A stretch of DNA of 64,000 nt from an uncultured delta proteobacterium. Lineage in GTDB: Bacteria > Desulfobacterota > RBG-13-43-22. The translations under genes and the position numbers were made by a program. The stretch is taken from the NCBI GenBank assembly GCA_963790475.1, contig CAWBOS010000012.1:128001-192000 (forward strand), read 5' to 3'. How positions within the stretch are numbered: the stretch's first letter is position 1; each line of letters begins with the position of its first letter. The notes beneath the pieces are model-generated. The model was not told the DNA's origin, searched no databases, and saw only the letters and a list, made by a program, of their open reading frames with translations. Shown here in pieces: positions 57,905 through 64,000 of this stretch.

Positions 57905-59104
57905 TTAATATTTAAACATCCCCTTTTCATAGATCACCAGTTTCTTTCCTGTTTTTAGATGCGCGGTGACGGTCTTTTTTTCCGTATTCACCAGGTCCCA
58001 GTGAAGGGCGGAATCGTTAAAACCCAGACTCTCTTTTAATCCTTTGGTCAACCGGGCCGGATTACCACTAAAGGTGTCGGTATAGGAGGCCCCGAGGGCC
58101 ACATGGCAGTTCCCTTGGTCCCCGCCGTAGTTTTCATCAAAAAGCGTATCGGCCATAAAGTGATCGATCCGTGAAAAACGCTTATCCGTCAGGGAAAATT
58201 CCCCAACCCGTGAAGCCCCTTTATCCATGGAGATCTGTTTTTCAATAAAGGCCTTCCCTTTGGCGGCTTCCACCTTTTTTACCGATCCTTTTTCGAAAAA
58301 AAGCCGCACTTTTTCTACATAATTTCCGCTGCGAAAAGAAGGCAGATTGGAATAATAGACCCCTTCCGTTCCCCGATAATCGGGGGAAAAAAATATCTCG
58401 AAGCTGGGAACATTATGACCGGATACGCCTTTCCATAATCTTCTCTCCCCCGGAGTGATTTTCAAATCCATATTCGGAGATTCGATGTGGAGATACTTCA
58501 CGGACAGACTATTGAGCCAATTTTTTATGGCCCTGGCATTCCGATGGATGTTTTCCCACTCCTTGACCGGATCCTCGTGGTCGAGATAACAGGCCGTCAC
58601 CAGCCGTTCGGTGTATTTTCTGATAGTCGTTTTGGCCTGTCGGGCCAGTTCCCGGGTGGGGAAGGAGCACAGGGTCCAGCTATAAAAACCTTTCTCTTCC
58701 CGTTTATCCATGATCTCGCGCAAGGGCTTTCTGGAAACCAGGACCTTCCCTATCCGAAGAGGATCGATGTCTTTCAAGTGGGTCAGTGATTCCGGAGCCC
58801 TCAGGAAAATCCTCCCATGAATATGCTTGAGCAATTCTTTTTCTCCAGGGGGGATAAAGAGGAGCTGGTCCGTTGTTGATCTTTTCAAAAAATCATGCTC
58901 CATGCCATAGGTCAACCCCATCCTTTGAATCGGGTTCATTCCCCGGTCGATGGTTTTGGCAAATACAATTTCGGCCAGTTTTAAAGCCGGAGGTTCATAC
59001 TGGATCAGAATAATGTCCTTCTTTTTAAAAGGTCCCTTCCGGGCCGTCTTTAATCCCCAGAAAAGCACATCGGCGTATTTGTTGAGTTGGTCATCGGTTA
59101 ACAT
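57905..59104 (-). CDS. M29 family aminopeptidase
   Basis: NVPSFEIF-x-SP, GEFSL, LFDEN, HVALG-x-SY, NDSALHWD. Confidence 0.9.
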   Translation of the reverse strand: MLTDDQLNKYADVLFWGLKTARKGPFKKKDIILIQYEPPALKLAEIVFAKTIDRGMNPIQRMGLTYGMEHDFLKRSTTDQLLFIPPGEKELLKHIHGRIFLRAPESLTHLKDIDPLRIGKVLVSRKPLREIMDKREEKGFYSWTLCSFPTRELARQAKTTIRKYTERLVTACYLDHEDPVKEWENIHRNARAIKNWLNSLSVKYLHIESPNMDLKITPGERRLWKGVSGHNVPSFEIFFSPDYRGTEGVYYSNLPSFRSGNYVEKVRLFFEKGSVKKVEAAKGKAFIEKQISMDKGASRVGEFSLTDKRFSRIDHFMADTLFDENYGGDQGNCHVALGASYTDTFSGNPARLTKGLKESLGFNDSALHWDLVNTEKKTVTAHLKTGKKLVIYEKGMFKY

Positions 59105-59437
59105 TGTTCTCTCCCTTAAGATTCTCAATAAATCAGTCGGGGAGATTATACTCTAAATGAATTTCAAGACAAACAGGAAAAAGGAAGATAGAACTTTTTT
59201 GCAATGTGGAAGTATGAAATGAGTAGCATTAGGCCACAACACCCGGCAAATAGGAGAATGCTCTTCTGCGATTTCCAAAGCTATGTGTAACATACGGTGA
59301 ATGAGTGATGATGGCCCTTGTTTCTTACAACACCGTCTATGGACTTTAACAAAACCTGAAGAAATCTTTTCCACTTGACAGCATTCTTTTAATGGGTGAC
59401 CCTAAACAAAAACTTAACAACCAAGGAGCCCTGAAGC

Positions 59438-60232
59438 ATGAACTATGAAAATCTGATTGTAGAAAGATCCGGACGGATCGCCGAAGTCAAATTCAACCGA
59501 CCGGATCGTTTGAATGCCTTGAGCATCGACTTGATGCGGGACATTGAGATGGTCACCGAAGAGTTCCGGGAGGACGTCGAGACGCGCGTGGTGATTTTCA
59601 CCGGACAAGGCCAGCATTTCAGTGCCGGTGCTGATTTGAGGGACCCCAAACGGGCAGCGGCTGCCAATGCTTCTCTGTTGGGTAAACAGCGGCAGTTCCA
59701 TCTGGGCCCAAGGATGATCCAAAAACTCTATGACATGAACCAGATCACCATAGCGGCCATTAACGGGGGGGCACTGGGCGGCGGGGCTTGCATCGTCTCG
59801 GCCCTGGATTTCCGTATCGGTGCCGAGGATTGTTTCTGTGCCTATCCCGAAAGCGCCCTGGGTATCCCCTTGAGCTGGGTCAGCCTGCCTTTATGCGTGC
59901 ATCTGGTCGGACCGGCCCGGGCGAAACGCTTTGTGATCCTGGCCCAGAGAGAAAAGGCCGCCACCCTGCGGGATTGGGGCTTTTTAGATGAAGTGGTCCC
60001 GCTGAACCGGCTAATGGATCGGGCTCGGGCCATGGCGGCCGAGTATGCCTCTATGCCTCCAGTGGTCGCTCAGATGATTAAAAGAAGTGTGAATGCCATC
60101 TCTTCCGCCCTCGACCGGGCCGTCATGCACATGGATTCCGATCAGGTCCTGCTGGCTTCCCTGACCGAGGATTACCGGGAAGGGGTGAGGGCCTTTTTTG
60201 AGAAACGCACCCCTGACTTTACGGGCCGTTAA
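59438..60232 (+). CDS. enoyl-CoA hydratase/isomerase family
   Basis: FNRP-x2-LNAL, FSAGADL, IAAING-x-ALGGG, PE, EGV-x-AF-x-EKR. Confidence 0.9.
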   Translation: MNYENLIVERSGRIAEVKFNRPDRLNALSIDLMRDIEMVTEEFREDVETRVVIFTGQGQHFSAGADLRDPKRAAAANASLLGKQRQFHLGPRMIQKLYDMNQITIAAINGGALGGGACIVSALDFRIGAEDCFCAYPESALGIPLSWVSLPLCVHLVGPARAKRFVILAQREKAATLRDWGFLDEVVPLNRLMDRARAMAAEYASMPPVVAQMIKRSVNAISSALDRAVMHMDSDQVLLASLTEDYREGVRAFFEKRTPDFTGR

Positions 60233-60330
60233 CGGTCTGGTTTGCCCTCGAGAATATTCAGATGTCTTCCCTAAAATGAAATCCTCTCCAGGAATCAAAC
60301 GATGAGAATTGTTGAAAAAGAAAATCGACC

Positions 60331-60825
60331 ATGAGGGATCTTAATCCGAAACATGTGGAAGCGGTCCTTGAACTTATCAATCAGGGCCCATTTTTCAGAC
60401 TGCTCTCTATACAAATCAAAGACCTGGGCCCAGGTTATTCGCTGGTCGAGATGGAAGTGGGCCATCAGCATCTTAACCCCTTTGGAGGGCTTCACGGCGG
60501 GGCTTATGCTTCAGCGATCGATACAGCGGCTTATTGGTCGATTTATTGTGAATTGGATGAAGAAGCTGGTTTGACCTCACTCGATCTCAAGGTCGATTTT
60601 TTGGTACCGGCCAGTATCGGGAAAATGATTGTCCAGGGACGGCGCATCAAAATGGGCAGGACCATCTGCCTGGCAGAGGCGACGGCCTTTGATCCACAGG
60701 AGAAATGGCTGGCCCACGGCGTTTCCAAAATGATGGTCCTTCAAGGCCCTCAAACCATAAATGATGCGACTAATTTCTTAGGAACGGCATCGCTCCCGCC
60801 CAAATTCCATTCCTCCATTGCTTAG
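60331..60825 (+). CDS. PaaI family thioesterase
   Basis: HLNPFGGLHGG-x2-ASAIDTA. Confidence 0.88.
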   Translation: MRDLNPKHVEAVLELINQGPFFRLLSIQIKDLGPGYSLVEMEVGHQHLNPFGGLHGGAYASAIDTAAYWSIYCELDEEAGLTSLDLKVDFLVPASIGKMIVQGRRIKMGRTICLAEATAFDPQEKWLAHGVSKMMVLQGPQTINDATNFLGTASLPPKFHSSIA

Positions 60826-60942
60826 ATCCGGCTGCTGGACCGATCAAGAATTCAGACGGTTTGTCTGATCTATTGTTAATCCCAGGGACGACAGGGAGGA
60901 TGTTCGGGCTGTTGATCCTATAAATTACTTTGCCCGGGACTC

Positions 60943-62403
60943 CTATCGCCTTAGTTTGGCCTGGAATTCGTGGTAATCGATGAACCGGGCCATGGCCCGG
61001 GCGGCACTTTCCAGATTTGGATAAGCCGGAACGCCGGAGGTGACGAAATTCAAGCGTAATTGGGAGGCCCGGTCTGCGCAGTACAAGTCATTGCCGTAGA
61101 GGTCCATGGAAACCGCCAGCGGTTTGTTATAGGGATTGTTCCCGGCGAATTCGATCAGAAAATCATTGACCTCTCGCAGCCCCTTTTCTTGCCCCCCCTC
61201 AGGGCGTTCATCATCATCAAAAACATCCAGACCGCCTACCACCCGATCGACAATGGCCAGATCTATGGCCGGGTCAGCCAGGGCTATTTCCATTACCTGG
61301 CGATAAAGCTGAACCTCTCTTTGCACCATCCAGACATCGAGGGGGTTCCTGGTGCTGTTTCCGGCCAGGCGGATGAATTCGTTAAGTTCCTTCCTGGTTT
61401 TTTCGGAAAGGGGAGGTATCTCCAGTCCCTGGCGACCGCAAATGTCGGCAAAGGCCACCGAGTTACCACCGCCACCGGCAAGGAGCAGGGTTCGTTTTCC
61501 GCGGGGCGGCTTCAGATACAGGAAGGCCAGGACTACGTCAATGATCTCTTCCAGGGAGTTTACCCTGATCGCCCCGGTCTGTCTAAAAAAAGCCTCCCAA
61601 ATTTGATTATTACCGGCCAATGACCCGGTATGAGAGACAACGGCCCTTGAACCGGACTCGGTCAAGCCTGCTTTCCAGATGATGACCGGCTTGGTTCGGT
61701 TGATGTCTTTGATGAGCCGGGTAACCCGGTTACCCTCCTTGATCCCTTCCAGATAAATAGAAATGATGTGCGTATCCGGGTCCTGGTGTAGGTATTCGAG
61801 AAAATCCCCCACCTGGAGTCCGCAGGCGTTTCCAAAGCTGATTATTTTGCTGAAATAGACCCCCAGCGACTGGGCATAGGCGGTGAGTATTTCACCGTGG
61901 CCCCCGCTCTGGGAAAGGAAAGCGAGATGGCCTGTCCCGGCGGGCTTCACCCCCCAAGCCGCTAACTTACTGGCGGGCACATACAGCCCCATGCAGTTTG
62001 GTCCCACCACCCGCAGGTTGCCGCGCGCTATTATCTCCTTAATTTGTTGTTCAAGTTTTATGCCTTCTTCCTCTCCGGTTTCACCGAATCCGGAGCTGAA
62101 GATATGCACATTCTTTATGCCCACAGCAATACAGTCTTCCAGAACCTTCGGGACACCCGGCGCAGAGATGGCAATGATTACCAGATCGACCGTTTCAGGG
62201 ACGGATTGCAGGTTCGGATAAACCTTTAACCCCAATATCTCGGAGGCGTTAGGATTGATCGGGTAGATTTTTCCGGGAAACCCGATGTTACGAAGCCGCA
62301 ATAAAAAACTGGTTCCTCCCCACCCCTGTGGATTCGGTGAGGCGCCGACCAGGGCAATCGATTTCGGATAGAACATGGTATGTAATTCGTGACCTTCCAC
62401 CAT
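60943..62403 (-). CDS. NDP-forming acyl-CoA synthetase alpha-type subunit
   Basis: SIALVGAS, YPINP, GFGE, GPNCMG, SQSGG, SHTGSLAG, NPLD. Confidence 0.88.
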   Translation of the reverse strand: MVEGHELHTMFYPKSIALVGASPNPQGWGGTSFLLRLRNIGFPGKIYPINPNASEILGLKVYPNLQSVPETVDLVIIAISAPGVPKVLEDCIAVGIKNVHIFSSGFGETGEEEGIKLEQQIKEIIARGNLRVVGPNCMGLYVPASKLAAWGVKPAGTGHLAFLSQSGGHGEILTAYAQSLGVYFSKIISFGNACGLQVGDFLEYLHQDPDTHIISIYLEGIKEGNRVTRLIKDINRTKPVIIWKAGLTESGSRAVVSHTGSLAGNNQIWEAFFRQTGAIRVNSLEEIIDVVLAFLYLKPPRGKRTLLLAGGGGNSVAFADICGRQGLEIPPLSEKTRKELNEFIRLAGNSTRNPLDVWMVQREVQLYRQVMEIALADPAIDLAIVDRVVGGLDVFDDDERPEGGQEKGLREVNDFLIEFAGNNPYNKPLAVSMDLYGNDLYCADRASQLRLNFVTSGVPAYPNLESAARAMARFIDYHEFQAKLRR

Positions 62404-62550
62404 AGGAATAATCTCCTTAATATTCTTCCCTGCAAGTAAACATCACAAAAATAATTAAGGTTATTTTTATAACCCTTAAAAATGATATGTTCAATTCTTT
62501 TCTTCAGTTCGAAAATAACCTTAAATAACCTATAAGTTTGTTTGTTCTCC

Positions 62551-62629
62551 GTCATGCCGGGCTTGATCCGGCATCCAGGGGCTTTGATGCTATGGGAATA
62601 ACCTGGATTCCCGCCTCCGCGGGAATGAC
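62551..62629. repeat. REP-like double hairpin (intact version of the IS110 target)
   Basis: gtcatgccgggcttgatccggcatccag...ctggattcccgcctccgcgggaatgac. Confidence 0.8.
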
Positions 62630-62825
62630 GGCTTAACTCCTTGGTCTTAAAAAATTTTCATGCTTCGTAGTGGCTCAACGAGGCATGAGGGTTTAGTTCG
62701 AAAATTCCCCCCGGGACGCTTGCCTAAAAAGGCCGATTGACTTATAATGGCAGAAATGATTCCCTCTGACCAACACATGGGAACCAACTCTAAATTTCTT
62801 ACCCGATCACGTGCATTGGAGAACA

Positions 62826-64000
62826 ATGAGCGGATTAATTGTCAATACCACCTATGGAAAAGTTGGCGGGGCCAAGGAAAATGAAGTAATCTCTTTTAAA
62901 GGGATACCCTATGGTGCACCCACCGGAGGGAAAAACCGTTTCCGGTCGCCGCAGCCGCCGGCACCATGGTCCGGTGTGCGCCAGGCCTTGGAATTCGGGC
63001 CAATTTGCCCCCAAACCGGAAGACTGGTCAGTCCACCTCCCGGGGAGACCCAGGTATTGGGAATCAACCAAACTTATTCTTTGGGGGAGGATTGCCTGGT
63101 CCTGAATATTTGGACCCGGACCACCGGGGATATGGGAAAACGGCCGGTGATGGTCTGGCTGCACGGGGGAGGTTTTGCCAACGGCGCCGGCTCTGAACCA
63201 CTCACCCACGGCGCTGCCCTGGCCAAAAGAGGAAACGTGGTGGTGGTCACCCTCAACCATCGGCTGAACGCCTTCGGTTACCTTTATTTGGCCGAGATCG
63301 GCGGAGAAGCCTTTGCCGCTTCCGGGATGGCCGGTATGCTGGATATCGTCCTGGCCTTGCAGTGGGTCAGGGACAATATCGAGGCCTTCGGCGGCGACCC
63401 GGGCAACGTGACCATATTTGGTGAGTCCGGCGGAGGCCGGAAGGTCAGTATACTGATGGTCATGCCTTCGGCCAAAGGCCTGTTCCACAAGGCCATCGTC
63501 GAAAGCAGCCCGGGTTTGCGGGGCCGGACCCGTCAAGAGGCCACGGAACTGGCCGAACGACTGCTGGGCATTCTGGGGATCAAAGCCGATGAAATGGAGA
63601 AGTTGCAGGAGCTGCCCCCTGAGAGGATACTGGATGGTATAAGCCAACTTCCACCGCTGAAAAAGAGCTTGGGGCTCCTGGGTGAAGGCAGCGGTCAGAT
63701 CTTGCTCTTGGGTCCGGTAGTGGATGGACAATATCTGCCCTCTCATCCATTTGACCCGGTAGCCGCACCGACCATGGCCGATGTGCCCCTGATCATCGGC
63801 ACCAACCGGGATGAATCGGCTCTCTTCTTAGCCGCAGACCCAAGACGCCGCCGGCTTACCGAAGAGGAACTTCGCGAGCGACTGTCCCCCTTTCTCGGGG
63901 AAAGGACGGACCAGGTCATCAACGTTTACAGACGCTCAAGGCCAACGGCCACGCCCTGGGATTTGCTGATCGGGATTACCAGTGAAGACCGGAGATTGGG
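62826..64000 (+). CDS. type-B carboxylesterase (3' partial; absent from the ORF track)
   Basis: Manual translation [15 protein letters not shown]...FKGIPYGAP...[10 protein letters not shown]...HGGGF...FGESGGG; runs off the window. Confidence 0.88.
   Translation, partial: MSGLIVNTTYGKVGGAKENEVISFKGIPYGAPTGGKNRFRSPQPPAPWSGVRQALEFGPICPQTGRLVSPPPGETQVLGINQTYSLGEDCLVLNIWTRTTGDMGKRPVMVWLHGGGFANGAGSEPLTHGAALAKRGNVVVVTLNHRLNAFGYLYLAEIGGEAFAASGMAGMLDIVLALQWVRDNIEAFGGDPGNVTIFGESGGGRKVSILMVMPSAKGLFHKAIVESSPGLRGRTRQEATELAERLLGILGIKADEMEKLQELPPERILDGISQLPPLKKSLGLLGEGSGQILLLGPVVDGQYLPSHPFDPVAAPTMADVPLIIGTNRDESALFLAADPRRRRLTEEELRERLSPFLGERTDQVINVYRRSRPTATPWDLLIGITSEDRRL

Noticed and set aside
62835-63746. 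303-aa minus-strand ORF
   Set aside because: Shadow of the plus-strand carboxylesterase that runs off the window.
1-64000. tRNA/rRNA genes (including tRNA-Sec) and riboswitches
   Set aside because: None recognised by eye; tRNAscan-SE/Infernal would be needed to exclude them.

Overview
Window from an anaerobic bacterium, probably a Deltaproteobacterium/Desulfobacterota (inferred from KorDABC, CooS, many acyl-CoA enzymes and the REP-like repeats). Housekeeping and acyl-CoA metabolic genes surround a ~14 kb accessory island (18.3-32.5 kb). The island holds about nine toxin-antitoxin(-like) pairs, orphan antitoxins and two AAA/DUF4143 ATPases, separated by co-oriented 7-/9-mer microsatellite blocks and longer repeated modules. 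Main highlights: (1) a MerB-like gene (35889-36596, minus), split by the ORF caller, with two in-frame UGA codons at the positions of the two catalytic Cys of MerB, each followed by a SECIS-like element, so a probable double selenoprotein, lying upstream of an amidase and an anSME-type radical SAM; (2) an IS110/IS1111-type element inserted precisely into a REP hairpin, whose 3' non-coding end contains sequences matching both target flanks (candidate bridge/seek RNA) and whose joined ends rebuild a sigma70 promoter; (3) the microsatellite-punctuated TA array; (4) a dispersed Phd-antitoxin remnant tied to the end motif of a RAYT transposase; (5) a close homolog of bacterial zearalenone lactonase ZenA and a divergent B12 acyl-CoA mutase. 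No rRNA, tRNA or CRISPR was recognised. All family calls come from motif recognition by eye; no database searches were run.
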